The notes beneath the pieces were generated by a model. That model worked only from the letters and a program-made list of their open reading frames with translations. It had not been told where the DNA came from and did no database searches. Positions 37,355 to 47,852 of a stretch of 64,000 nucleotides of DNA are shown one piece after another. Source of the stretch: an uncultured archaeon (GTDB lineage Archaea > Thermoplasmatota > Penumbrarchaeia > JASLWR01); NCBI GenBank assembly GCA_964430885.1, contig CAYSHM010000006.1:86645-150644 (forward strand), read 5' to 3'. The translations under genes and the position numbers were made by a program. How positions within the stretch are numbered: position 1 is the stretch's first letter; each line of letters begins with the position of its first letter.

Positions 37355-39187
37355 TCAATCCACAGTAAGCGTCTTGCTGAGGTTTTTAGGGTAATCTGGA
37401 TCGATTCCCTTGAATTTGGACCAGTAATATGCCAGCAGCTGGAGGGGTATTACATTGATTAGGGGTGCCAGGTTCGGCCCGGCCCTCTGGGTTGCCAGGA
37501 AATGAGTGGCATTTTCCCGTAGGGGTCTGGAATCCTCGCTTATGACAATGACCTTTCCCTTTCTGCATGACACCTCGTTCATATGGGATATTATCATATA
37601 GGTGTCCTCCGGGGTTGTTACATATATCACGGGATAGCCCTTCTCCACAATGGATAAGGGCCCATGCTTGAACTCGCTGGAGTACATCCCTTCGCAATGA
37701 GCGTATGTGATCTCTTTGATCTTCAGCGCGCCTTCCATTGCAATGCCGTGACATGTACTGTATCCCAGGCAATAACAATCCTCGACGTTGATCATCTTCT
37801 TTGCCATTCCCCTGCATTTGGTATCTACCTTTGTTATTGTGCGTGAAAGCAGGTTCGGGAGTGTGAACAGTTCTTTCAGCAGTTTGCGGTATTTCTTTTC
37901 AGAGAGAGTTCGGTTCCTCCATCCCAGTCTTAAGGCAAGGTAATAGAACATGACCAGCTGGTTAACAAAAGTTTTTGTTGCAGGTACACTTATTTCCAGA
38001 TCACACACAAGGGGTAGGTATATGTCCGTGTTCAGCATCAATGTTGATCCCAGAACATTCAGTATTCCGAGGACTTTGCCCTTCTCCGTCTTTCTAAGGA
38101 AGTTCAATCCGTTGATAATGTCCTTTGTTTCCCCGGATTGCGAAACGAAAATGACACAATCATCATCCTGAATTGAGTAGCCGTATGCGTCAATGAACTG
38201 ACCTGCGATTACAGGGATCACCGGTTTTGCGGCAAATTTGTTGAAGAAGTATGAACCGGTTACCGTGGCATTATATGATGAACCGCATGCTACGATATAC
38301 AATCGGTTTGATTCCTTGATTGCGGTTATGAAATCTTCAGTAAAGGCGGAGGCCTCAAGATTGTCAAGAAGCATGGCCGCCCGTTTTGGCTGATCGTGGA
38401 TCTCCTTCAGCATGAAGTGTTCGAAACCTCCCTTGGTTGCATTCTCAGGATCGAGATCGCTTTCCTTTGCCTCTCTTTCAATGCGTTCCCCGGTTTCCAG
38501 GGAGAAAATCTCATAGTCCTGATGATCATATCTTATCACTTCTCCGTCGTACAGGCTGAGTATCCTGTTTGTCAGAGGCAATATCGATGGCAGATCGCTT
38601 GAACAGCAGATAAAACCATCTCCAATACCCATATACAGGCTGCTTCCCTTTTTGACAGCATATATCTCGTTCTTTTTTTCAGAGGTGATCAAATATGCAT
38701 AGTCGCCCACGAGGTCCTCATTACTCCGCATAATAGCTTCCTTCATGTTCTTATAATTGTTATCCAGATATTTCTCTACTGTGTGGACCACCATTTCCCC
38801 ATCGTTCCAGCCTCTAACATTGTGGCCTTCTTTGATATAGAGTTCCTTCAATTGGGTGCAGTTAACGATATTTCCATTATGGGCGCCAACCATTTTACCG
38901 GAACAGTCAAGATGCGGCTGTGCGTTCCTTTTGGATGGTCTGCCGAATGTTGCCCATCTAAGCTGTATGATCCCTCTTGATCCCTTCATGTTCTCAAGTT
39001 CATAGTTCTCGGCGACCTGCTCAATGGTCCCGGCGTCCTTTCTGAGATCGATTTGTCCCTTTTCATCAACAGTGGCGATTCCAACAGAGTCATATCCCCT
39101 GTAAACCAGCTTTTTTCCAGCCTCGAGAATTATCTTACCGAGTTCAGGATTGTTCCTGTCAAATACAATACCGAATATTCCACACAT
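37355..39187 (-). CDS. glmS: Glutamine--fructose-6-phosphate transaminase (isomerizing)
   Basis: MCGIFG, YRGYDS, RWAT, HNGNI, FMLKEIHDQP, SQSGET, VPATKTF, EGALKIKEI, KHGP and NLSKTLTVD. Confidence 0.93.
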   Translation of the reverse strand: MCGIFGIVFDRNNPELGKIILEAGKKLVYRGYDSVGIATVDEKGQIDLRKDAGTIEQVAENYELENMKGSRGIIQLRWATFGRPSKRNAQPHLDCSGKMVGAHNGNIVNCTQLKELYIKEGHNVRGWNDGEMVVHTVEKYLDNNYKNMKEAIMRSNEDLVGDYAYLITSEKKNEIYAVKKGSSLYMGIGDGFICCSSDLPSILPLTNRILSLYDGEVIRYDHQDYEIFSLETGERIEREAKESDLDPENATKGGFEHFMLKEIHDQPKRAAMLLDNLEASAFTEDFITAIKESNRLYIVACGSSYNATVTGSYFFNKFAAKPVIPVIAGQFIDAYGYSIQDDDCVIFVSQSGETKDIINGLNFLRKTEKGKVLGILNVLGSTLMLNTDIYLPLVCDLEISVPATKTFVNQLVMFYYLALRLGWRNRTLSEKKYRKLLKELFTLPNLLSRTITKVDTKCRGMAKKMINVEDCYCLGYSTCHGIAMEGALKIKEITYAHCEGMYSSEFKHGPLSIVEKGYPVIYVTTPEDTYMIISHMNEVSCRKGKVIVISEDSRPLRENATHFLATQRAGPNLAPLINVIPLQLLAYYWSKFKGIDPDYPKNLSKTLTVD

Positions 39188-39209
39188 ATCTTCAGGCTAT
39201 GGAATGGAT

Positions 39210-39219
39210 TTTATTTAAG
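39210..39219 (-). promoter_or_regulatory. Candidate TATA box for a leaderless glmS transcript
   Basis: Minus strand reads CTTAAATA ~24-31 nt upstream of the ATG; no Shine-Dalgarno visible. Confidence 0.4.
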
Positions 39220-39297
39220 CTCACGGCCTAGAGTTTAATTTTTAAGAACCATTTTAGAGAAATACTCGAAACCCGTCTACTGGGCATTTTAGTTTCT

Positions 39298-40806
39298 CTA
39301 TTTGTTGATCTTCAGTAAAGGCGGAATATATTTCTTCTTGAGGGAGGACCCGCTGAATAGAGCTAGAACTGTGAATATCTCCAGTCTGCCGATCCACATC
39401 AATAGGGCAAGAATGATCTTGCTGGCATCAGGAAGGAATGCGAAATCCTTGGTAGGTCCTACCTGGTACAAACCCGGACCGACATTTCCAATACATGCCG
39501 CAGTGGCCGATGCGCCGGATATTATATCCAATCCCAATCCTATTACAGCGCCCGTTCCCAGCAGGAATAGCAGCAGATAGATCAGGAAAAAGGATGTGAT
39601 ATTGTCTATAAGGGATTCAGAGATGGCTTTTCCGCCTAAGGTGACGGGTATGACCCTTCTGCTTCTCCCCAGTTTACGGAACTTGCGTAGAATGACCTTC
39701 AGAAGGATAACTATCCGGATATTCTTGATGCCTCCCCCAGTAGATCCGGCCGAACCGCCCACGAACATTAGCATCAATAGAATGAAACGGGCCATCTCTG
39801 GCCACGCATTAAAATCGGCAGTAGCATAACCTGTTGTACTGATTATGGAAGCGGTTTGGAAGAATGACAATCTCAGACTGTCACCAGCATTTGAATTGGC
39901 ATCATGTATGAAGAAGGCGATTATCACCGATGACATTAGAAATATGGTGATATAGCATCTGAATTCCGCATCCCTCAGCATCTCCTTGACATTCCCTCTG
40001 AAGGCATAATATATTAGAGCGAAGTTCACGCCGCAGATGACCATGAAAACGGTTATTGTCCATTGAATGGCAGGTGAAAATGCGGCGATGGAATCCACAG
40101 TGGATGAGAAACCTCCTGTTGCCATTGTTGTGAATGTGTGGTAAAGAGCATTATAGGGGTTCATTCCCAGTAAAAATAAAGCGGTGAACTCTACTATGGA
40201 AAAACCAAGATATAATAGCCACATGACCTTTGCCGTGTGGGTGACCCGGGGTTTAAGCCTGGTGATGGTAGGACCCGGGGATTCAGCCTTGATCAGTTTT
40301 ATACCTCCCCTGGTGAACTTGGATAAAATAGCGACCGACAGGACTATAACTCCCATTCCGCCCAACCACTGTATCAATGCCCTCCAGAGCATTATGCTGT
40401 GGGCATAATTATCAAGATAATCACCTGTTTCCACATGGAGAACCGTGGCCCCCGTGGTTGTGAGTCCGGACATGGATTCGAAGAAAGCGTCCACGAAGCT
40501 TGGAAGGGTATTGCTCAGCATGAAAGGAGTAGTGCTGATAAGGGCAATGATAAGCCAGCTTAGAGCGACAATGGCAAAGGCTTCCACATCCAGAAAATCA
40601 TAGGGTCTCCCCAGTCTTTCCAATAACAGTCCGAGGGTAATTGTGAACAGTATGAGAAAAAGGAAATAGAATGCATTGGCAGGATATATGCCGCCTATCA
40701 GGGGTTTTTCCCAGTAAATCAATGATACCACAAGGGGGATGAGCATGAAGAAGGAGAAGAACTTCAATAATGTTCCAATGTTACCCAGAATGACTCGCCA
40801 TCTCAT
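39298..40806 (-). CDS. trkH: Trk potassium uptake permease
   Basis: FFESMSGLTTTGAT, QWLGGMG, ATGGFS, STTGY, GGSAGSTGGGIK, GNVGPG and WIGRLEI. ATG at 40806 after a GAGGTG RBS (track start 40815). Confidence 0.95.
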   Translation of the reverse strand: MRWRVILGNIGTLLKFFSFFMLIPLVVSLIYWEKPLIGGIYPANAFYFLFLILFTITLGLLLERLGRPYDFLDVEAFAIVALSWLIIALISTTPFMLSNTLPSFVDAFFESMSGLTTTGATVLHVETGDYLDNYAHSIMLWRALIQWLGGMGVIVLSVAILSKFTRGGIKLIKAESPGPTITRLKPRVTHTAKVMWLLYLGFSIVEFTALFLLGMNPYNALYHTFTTMATGGFSSTVDSIAAFSPAIQWTITVFMVICGVNFALIYYAFRGNVKEMLRDAEFRCYITIFLMSSVIIAFFIHDANSNAGDSLRLSFFQTASIISTTGYATADFNAWPEMARFILLMLMFVGGSAGSTGGGIKNIRIVILLKVILRKFRKLGRSRRVIPVTLGGKAISESLIDNITSFFLIYLLLFLLGTGAVIGLGLDIISGASATAACIGNVGPGLYQVGPTKDFAFLPDASKIILALLMWIGRLEIFTVLALFSGSSLKKKYIPPLLKINK

Positions 40807-40816
40807 TCGTGGCACC

Positions 40817-42178
40817 TCAAATGATCAATCCTTTTCCCTTGAAGTAGCGGTCCATCTGTTCCATCATTTCCTGGTAGCAGAATAGGAGGACTCTATCTCT
40901 CTTCTCCAGTTTGAAATCTCCTCCAGGTATAACTGTATTTCCGCCTCTCAATACCCCAATAATCAAAACACCCCTGGGCAGTTTAATTTTGTTAATCTTC
41001 TTGCCCTTTACCGAGGACCTCTTTCCCACCTTTGTCTCGAATACTATCACATCGCCTCCGTACAGGGGAATGGTCTTGAGAATTCCGAGATATCCTATCT
41101 CCCTTAGCAAAGCTTCCACGGTGAGGTTGTCTATGGAAAGAGCCAGGTCAATACCTATGGTCTCAAGAGTTCCTTTCATGGAGGTCTTGTTTATGAGGGA
41201 TATGACCTTTGGTATTTTATAAACCTTTGCAAGGAGGGATACCAGGACATTGATACCTTCCTTCCGGGTCATAGCAACAACGGCATCCATCTCTTTCAAT
41301 CCTTCCTCGAGAATCAATTTTTTATCCGTGGGATCTCCGTTGATGACCACACTGTCCTTCAGTATGGATGCTGCACGTTTGCACCTTTTGATATTATCAG
41401 AGATAAGTGTAACATTGATGTTCTTCCTTTCCAAACGCCTGGCGAGATGAATGGCCATATCTCCTACGCCAATTATCATCACATCATCGGTTCTGTCGCC
41501 CTTATTTCCCTCGACACGGCCTACAAGTTTTCTGATATTATGGATCTTGTCCGGAGAGTCAAGAACTAGAAGCAGCCGGTCTCCCTTTTTTATCCGGGTC
41601 TTTCCCTCGGGTATGATCACCTTTATGCCCCTGAATATGCCTCCAACTAATATTCCCTTGGGTAGGTTGATCTCTCCTAATTTCTTGCGGCACATGGAGG
41701 ATGAATGGTCTATCTTCGCCTCTAAGAGCATCATTTTTCCCTTGGCCATTGCAGTTCGGTTCATTAGAGCAGGTATGGATATGATGTTCATTATCTTTTC
41801 AACAACCAATAGTTTAGGACAAACCGCAATGTCAATACCGATGGAGGAGAACTTCATTGATACAGGTTCATTGATATAGCTCAGGTTGTTCAATCTAGCT
41901 ATGGTCTTGACACCCCTTGATTTGGCAATCACGCATCCCAGCATGTTTGCTTCATCATCATTCGTGACGCCGAAATAGAATTCCGCCATGTCGATCTGTG
42001 CCGAATCAAGGACCTCCATTTTCCCTCCGTCCCCATGATAAATCCTGACATCCAAGGCGCGGGCTCTATCTACATTTACTTTCTTCTTTTCAATGATAGT
42101 AATATCATGACCAACCCTGGTGAGGGATTCGGCAATGCTCAGACCCACGTCACCGGCACCGGAAATAATTATGTACAT
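40817..42178 (-). CDS. trkA: Trk potassium uptake regulatory subunit (2x RCK)
   Basis: MYIIISGAGDVG, a second VMIIGVG and two RCK_C segments; abuts trkH. Confidence 0.93.
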   Translation of the reverse strand: MYIIISGAGDVGLSIAESLTRVGHDITIIEKKKVNVDRARALDVRIYHGDGGKMEVLDSAQIDMAEFYFGVTNDDEANMLGCVIAKSRGVKTIARLNNLSYINEPVSMKFSSIGIDIAVCPKLLVVEKIMNIISIPALMNRTAMAKGKMMLLEAKIDHSSSMCRKKLGEINLPKGILVGGIFRGIKVIIPEGKTRIKKGDRLLLVLDSPDKIHNIRKLVGRVEGNKGDRTDDVMIIGVGDMAIHLARRLERKNINVTLISDNIKRCKRAASILKDSVVINGDPTDKKLILEEGLKEMDAVVAMTRKEGINVLVSLLAKVYKIPKVISLINKTSMKGTLETIGIDLALSIDNLTVEALLREIGYLGILKTIPLYGGDVIVFETKVGKRSSVKGKKINKIKLPRGVLIIGVLRGGNTVIPGGDFKLEKRDRVLLFCYQEMMEQMDRYFKGKGLII

Positions 42179-42377
42179 GCCTTGGGCACCTCTACGATCA
42201 AAGCTCTAGGGAACGATAATTGTTAAACCCTGATTTGTCTTAATGAAGGATATCAAATAAATTCCTAGAGATAATATATAATGAATCATACAATGAAATA
42301 GGGACATTCAGATGGCAGGTTCAGGATATGAATGTTATGCTATAAGTAATTACAGATGGTATATTCCCAGGGTCCCC

Positions 42378-43589
42378 TTAATGATTCAGGACCTTCTTCA
42401 CCCGTTCAAGAATGAAATCAATATTTTCCCTGGAAATTATCAGAGGCGGAGCGAATCTGATGGTCTGACCGTGGGTATCCTTGGCTAGAACACCCATCTC
42501 CATTAGACGCTGACAGTACGGCCGGGCGCCGCCATATTCCCTTTTAAGTTCCACACCGATAAGAAGTCCCTTTCCGCGTATTTCCTTGATGAGCGGACTT
42601 TCAAGGGACTTCAGTCCTTCTTTGAAATATTTACCCATTTCGGTTGCCCTGTGGGGAAGATTTTCTTCAAGAATAATATCAATAGCCTCAGAAGCAATAG
42701 CACTGCCGAGGGGATTACCTCCAAATGTACTGCCGTGCTCGCCGGGACCGATAACATCCAGTATATTCCAGGTGGTAATTATGCCGGATACTGGAAAAAC
42801 ACCTCCACCCAAAGCCTTGCCTACTATCAAAATGTCAGGTTTTGCATCCTCATACATATGTGCGAAGAGCTTACCAGTCCTGCCGAGACCGGTCTGTATC
42901 TCGTCGAATATCAGAAGAACATTATGTTCCGTGCATATTTTTCTCACCTTTTTCAGATAACCCTCCGGAGGAACAATGACACCGCCTTCCCCCTGTATGG
43001 GTTCAACAAGGAAAGCCGCTGTATCGGGAGTGATGACTCTCTCCAACGCTTCCGGATCGCCGAAAGGAATGCTCTTGAATCCCGGTGTGAAAGGCCCGAA
43101 TCCCTTTCGGTTCACCTCATCGGAAGAGAATCCTACAATTGTAGTGGTACGCCCATGAAAATTGTTATCGCATACTATGATCTGTGCTTTGTCGGCCTTG
43201 ACCTTCTTCTTCATATATCCCCATTTCCGAGCTGTCTTAATTGCCGTTTCCACAGCTTCGGCACCTGTGTTCATAGGTAGAACAGCTTCCATTTGAGCGC
43301 ATTTTGCCAATTTCTCCAAGAAATGGGGCAGCTTATCATTATGAAAGGCCCTGCTGGTCAGAGTAACTCTTTGGGATTGTTCCATCAGGACATTCATTAT
43401 CCTCGGGTGCACATGACCATGATTCACCGCACTGTACGAGGAAAGACAATCCAGATATTTTTTTCCTTCAACATCCCATACCCATACACCTTGGGCCCGG
43501 GATATGACCACAGGTATCGGTTTGTAATTATGTGCTCCGTATTTTTGCTCAAGTTCAATATATTCATTAGAAGACTGCATTTTTACCAC
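42378..43589 (-). CDS. rocD: Ornithine--oxo-acid aminotransferase
   Basis: YGAHNYKP, YSAVNHGH.HP, LTSRAF, MNTGAEAVETAIK.ARKWGY, EPIQGEGG, DEIQTGLGRTG, GKALGGG and HGSTFGGNP. The start may be ATG 43580. Confidence 0.93.
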   Translation of the reverse strand: MVKMQSSNEYIELEQKYGAHNYKPIPVVISRAQGVWVWDVEGKKYLDCLSSYSAVNHGHVHPRIMNVLMEQSQRVTLTSRAFHNDKLPHFLEKLAKCAQMEAVLPMNTGAEAVETAIKTARKWGYMKKKVKADKAQIIVCDNNFHGRTTTIVGFSSDEVNRKGFGPFTPGFKSIPFGDPEALERVITPDTAAFLVEPIQGEGGVIVPPEGYLKKVRKICTEHNVLLIFDEIQTGLGRTGKLFAHMYEDAKPDILIVGKALGGGVFPVSGIITTWNILDVIGPGEHGSTFGGNPLGSAIASEAIDIILEENLPHRATEMGKYFKEGLKSLESPLIKEIRGKGLLIGVELKREYGGARPYCQRLMEMGVLAKDTHGQTIRFAPPLIISRENIDFILERVKKVLNH

Positions 43590-43767
43590 CTTTAAGCTAC
43601 TGCCGATAGGATTATTGGTTGTTAGATCATGCTTTCAGTTACAGAGTCATCAGAAGTATGAAAAGCAGACAGGTAATTTGCTAATGAGATATTTAAAACT
43701 TGAAGTGATAAAGCTCTAAAGGCTGAAAAAATGACTAGGATTCAGTGTTAAATCTCGGACTATTGCT

Positions 43768-46700
43768 TCAGCTTTTCTCGGCTTTGAGGGATGAACGGAG
43801 CTGATTAAGGGTGGATAGAACATCCTCGTAATCTTCATTTCCTGCAGTAGGTCCATTTGTCCTTTTGTCTCCGTGGTTTGCCGGTGGAGGAGGAGGGTTT
43901 TGGGTTTCAGATACTGATGCAGGGGGTTTAGGGGGTATAGGTTCATGAGGTGTTTCCATTAGGGAAGGAACTTCATTCGGTGAAGGGATTGGTTTAGAAT
44001 CAGGTTGAGGTTTCTCAGCAGCAGTCCTGTTGGATTCTAATGTTTGAGTAGGCTTTCCCGATAGTTTCTCCATTAACTCTTTTCTCTGTGAATCAAGATT
44101 TTCCAGTTTGATCTGTAACGGAGCGGTCTCTAATTCTGGGGCATTCCTAGCCTGAAGGTCCGCCAGCTGTTGGGTGATATTGATCTTGAAGCGGTCCAGG
44201 GTTTGCAGAAGTTCCTTTGTCTCTCCCATATCCTTCTGGTTTTGTTCATCCTCCCCTCCTTGCTTTGTTATTTCCTTTTCTCCAGCTGTAACCTTCTGAA
44301 CCGCTCTCGGCGGTCTGGCTTTAGGCGGCTGAGCTTTTGCTTTTTCACCTTGGGAAGCTGTTTCTCTTCGTTTTTTCTGGTTTCTAGCTCCTTGTGCAAA
44401 GGAAGGCGGTCGGGAAGGTACTGCTCCAGTCTGCTGTTGAGGAGCGGGGCCTACCTGTGCCTGAGTTTGGTTCGGCCCCCCAGCTGCTCCTGGCTGCGGC
44501 CCGCCGTATCCTTGGGGAGAACCTGCACCTGATTGATATCCCTGGGATGGTATTCCACCATACACCGGTCCCATGTTGGACTGTCCCATTCCCATTGCCA
44601 GAAGGTCCATTGAAGCGTCCTGGGGTTCTGATTCTCTGTCATCCACGTCCTTCTTTTTCTTCCAGATGAACAGAGCAATACCCAATCCAAGACCGAGAAC
44701 TATAATAATGATCAGTATGAACCACACCCAGGAAGCACCTGATCCCCCGTTTCCTTCAGAAGATGATTCCCTTTCAGATTTCTCAAATGGAATCGATTGG
44801 GAGATGTCCGTATCCGCTGAGACCGCTTTCACAAAGAACTTTGAAGCCATGAGGTCCAAATCGGGCCAATGAACAGTTAGTTTAATATCCCTATCGTCCT
44901 TTGGATGGAGCAGAAATGAATCATGTTCGAGTTGGGTAAAGCTGTCGAAGGCACCAAGAACCGTCAATGTGATCTCTTCAGGTACATTTCCATCATTGCT
45001 GACGGTGACATTGAATGTTGTGGTGTACCCTTCCTTCAGCTGTGTCAATTGGATAGTATCAAATTCTATTGAGATATCATGTTCAGGTTCAAAATCCAGA
45101 TCGACCTTGAACGAACGAATATTACTCCTAAATGTACTGTACACACCGAAGAAGGAGACCTCCACCATCCAGTAATATGTCATGCCGTCGATAAGTTCTT
45201 CAGTGGTATATGAATTCGCTATAATTCCCTCCCTTACAGGAGATATTTGATCAGGGAACAATCCCATATGAACGGCGTATGAAGGGGAGCGTTCGGTATA
45301 ATTTATATCCCACTTCAATTCCGGTGTATTATCGGACAGAGTGATCTGATCCAATGGGTATGTCTGGAATATCCCTACATCAGGGCATTCGGTCCAGTCA
45401 TGGATGTTGACAAAAATGCTCTTATCTCTTCTATCACCGTCCTTATCCTTTACAGTGAGAGCTATGGAGAACTCCCCCACTGAAAGCATGGACACCGGGG
45501 TTATGTTCAGTATATTATTGTTTTTTACAGTAGCGCTTATGAAGTTGGTCTTTGCTGTTTTGATACTCCAAACCAGTTCCTCTTTGGGGTCTTCGGTGTC
45601 CCAGGCTAGGTCCCACAGGGAGAACTCCCTGCTTCGGTGGCTGTAAAGATGGAACACTGTGAATTCCTCGAAGATCTCAGGCGGATTGTTCATCAGCTCA
45701 AGTGTACTGTTGTAATAGTACCAGGGAGCCATACCGTGGTCCCGGTCTTCCAGGGAAACCCTGATTCTGTACTGTCCTAGTTCATGATCCAAAGTAGTAT
45801 TGAAACATACGCTGAAATTGATGCCGTCCTCATTGTGGTTCACTGGGAGAGGAGTCCAGTCTGAAGTGCTGTTTTTTACCTCGACCCGGGCATCCAAAAT
45901 GTCCGATCCGTCCTCAAGATCTACAGGATCTATCCAGATCACCCCGCATTCCCCTCGATGGAAAACAGAGGGTGATAGGGTCAGGTTAGCAACACTCGGT
46001 AGATTGTTGTGGAGATTGATCTGATGGTTCATATCGTACCAATCCGATACCGACCCATCTTTATCTTCAGCTCTTATTCTGATATCATAAAGGCCGGGTT
46101 TGGATGTTTTTGGAAATGTGAGGTCGAAACCCCATTTACCCTCATTGTCATCGAAGATGGGTTCCGTGAAAATATCGGACCGCCAGGTAATTGTTTCTTC
46201 ATCAGAAAGCGAGTATTGGGCTGCTACAGCCAATTCGTCCTCGTAATCCTCCTCGTCTGAAACTGCCACGTACATTGTGGATGTTTCCGTTCTGAAAAGT
46301 GATACAGGCCCTAGAATATTTTCGATGACAGGTTTATTGTTGATCACTCTGAGGCCCTGGGCTTTTGTTTCCCAGTTACTGTATAGTCCGTTAGGGTCCT
46401 GGAACCTCACCCTGATGTCGTAATAACCGGTCTCAGTATCCAGTTCAGGCTCGAAGTCAACGTACCACCAATTGCCCTGGGAAACTGGATTTGTGAACAT
46501 GGAGTCACTCCATGGATTACCTCCTGGGTTGCGAAGTTTATATTGGAATTCAGCGGTTAATTGGTCAGGTAGTGAGAAATAGCTTTCAGTTCTACCGTAA
46601 ACTCTGGTGGTATTTCCACGTTTAACCGATGTTTTGGGAATATTTATTTCCGGCTGGATCGGGGGAGCTGTGAGTAGCCAAACATCAATGGTACCATCCC

Positions 46701-47682
46701 TTGAGGCGGATGCGATCATCTCGTCATCCGGAGACCAGTCAACAGATGATACTGCCTGTGTATGACCCGTGAAATTGACATAGGTATACCCGGTGTCCGG
46801 ATCCCATACCTTAACATCCCGATCAGCCGAACCGGTTACGATCTTGGAACTGTCCAATGACCAGTCCACACATAGAACATCATCTATATGCTCCTCATAG
46901 ACAAAAAGCTCAGCACCGGTGTCTGCATTCCAGATTTTCACAGTATTGTCCGATGATGCAGTTGCTAACTTAGTACCGTCTTGAGACCAGGCAACGTCGT
47001 TGACAGTATCCGAATGACTGGTCAATTCCTGATCCACATTACCGTTCTGAGGGTTCCAAATGAATACCTTGGAATCATTACCTCCCGAAGCTATCTCATC
47101 TCCCCCGGGCGACCAATCCACACACCGAACCTGATCTGTATGCTGGGTGAAGGATAGTATTTCCATATCGTCAGGATTTGCCACATTCCAGTACCAGATA
47201 AGTATCTCACCGTCCTCTGAACAGGATACCACCTTGTCGCTGTTCGGGGACCATGAAATATCTGTGACCCTATTGTCAGGAACACCGTCATAGTGACCCA
47301 GAAAAGTAGCTTCAGAATTACCGGTTATGGTGCTCCATACCTTTGCTTTTCCTGAAGCACTACTACTGGCAATGTGCATTTCATTAGGCGACCATTCTGC
47401 TGAAAGGACATCGTCAGAATGCATCGCATAACGTATCCTCTCGTCAGTTTCGTTCCATTTCCATATCATAGCGTCGCCGTCGGAATCGCAGCTGACCAGC
47501 TCTGTACTGTTGGGGGCCCATGATACACAATTAACGAAACCGTCATGGTTCCTGAAGGAGTTGTCAGAGAGATAATCATCTATTGTGGCATTGGTGTTGA
47601 TCACGAAGGGAAATGACGCACCGATCAGGATCAAAATTATTAGAAAATTCAGGATTGTATTTCTCATTATGTTCGTTTTCAA
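43768..47682 (-). CDS. Single-pass surface protein with 7 WD40 repeats, Ig-like stalk and long Pro/Gln-rich tail
   Basis: Signal peptide; seven H...V..V.WSP....IAS.S.D..V.IW repeats; TM WVWFILIIIIVLGLGLGIALFIW then KKKK; ~290-aa tail. Confidence 0.8.
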   Translation of the reverse strand: MKTNIMRNTILNFLIILILIGASFPFVINTNATIDDYLSDNSFRNHDGFVNCVSWAPNSTELVSCDSDGDAMIWKWNETDERIRYAMHSDDVLSAEWSPNEMHIASSSASGKAKVWSTITGNSEATFLGHYDGVPDNRVTDISWSPNSDKVVSCSEDGEILIWYWNVANPDDMEILSFTQHTDQVRCVDWSPGGDEIASGGNDSKVFIWNPQNGNVDQELTSHSDTVNDVAWSQDGTKLATASSDNTVKIWNADTGAELFVYEEHIDDVLCVDWSLDSSKIVTGSADRDVKVWDPDTGYTYVNFTGHTQAVSSVDWSPDDEMIASASRDGTIDVWLLTAPPIQPEINIPKTSVKRGNTTRVYGRTESYFSLPDQLTAEFQYKLRNPGGNPWSDSMFTNPVSQGNWWYVDFEPELDTETGYYDIRVRFQDPNGLYSNWETKAQGLRVINNKPVIENILGPVSLFRTETSTMYVAVSDEEDYEDELAVAAQYSLSDEETITWRSDIFTEPIFDDNEGKWGFDLTFPKTSKPGLYDIRIRAEDKDGSVSDWYDMNHQINLHNNLPSVANLTLSPSVFHRGECGVIWIDPVDLEDGSDILDARVEVKNSTSDWTPLPVNHNEDGINFSVCFNTTLDHELGQYRIRVSLEDRDHGMAPWYYYNSTLELMNNPPEIFEEFTVFHLYSHRSREFSLWDLAWDTEDPKEELVWSIKTAKTNFISATVKNNNILNITPVSMLSVGEFSIALTVKDKDGDRRDKSIFVNIHDWTECPDVGIFQTYPLDQITLSDNTPELKWDINYTERSPSYAVHMGLFPDQISPVREGIIANSYTTEELIDGMTYYWMVEVSFFGVYSTFRSNIRSFKVDLDFEPEHDISIEFDTIQLTQLKEGYTTTFNVTVSNDGNVPEEITLTVLGAFDSFTQLEHDSFLLHPKDDRDIKLTVHWPDLDLMASKFFVKAVSADTDISQSIPFEKSERESSSEGNGGSGASWVWFILIIIIVLGLGLGIALFIWKKKKDVDDRESEPQDASMDLLAMGMGQSNMGPVYGGIPSQGYQSGAGSPQGYGGPQPGAAGGPNQTQAQVGPAPQQQTGAVPSRPPSFAQGARNQKKRRETASQGEKAKAQPPKARPPRAVQKVTAGEKEITKQGGEDEQNQKDMGETKELLQTLDRFKINITQQLADLQARNAPELETAPLQIKLENLDSQRKELMEKLSGKPTQTLESNRTAAEKPQPDSKPIPSPNEVPSLMETPHEPIPPKPPASVSETQNPPPPPANHGDKRTNGPTAGNEDYEDVLSTLNQLRSSLKAEKS

Positions 47683-47852
47683 AATGGCCTACCCCCATTT
47701 ATCAATTTAGCCTGATGAATTTGGATTAAAAATTGAATTTATTTATTATTCAAGATATTATATATATATTTATACCTGTAACTATTTCATATTCAGTGTT
47801 GGTATCATAACCTGAACGGTAATTAAAATTGAGATTTTACAGGTGTGTACGG

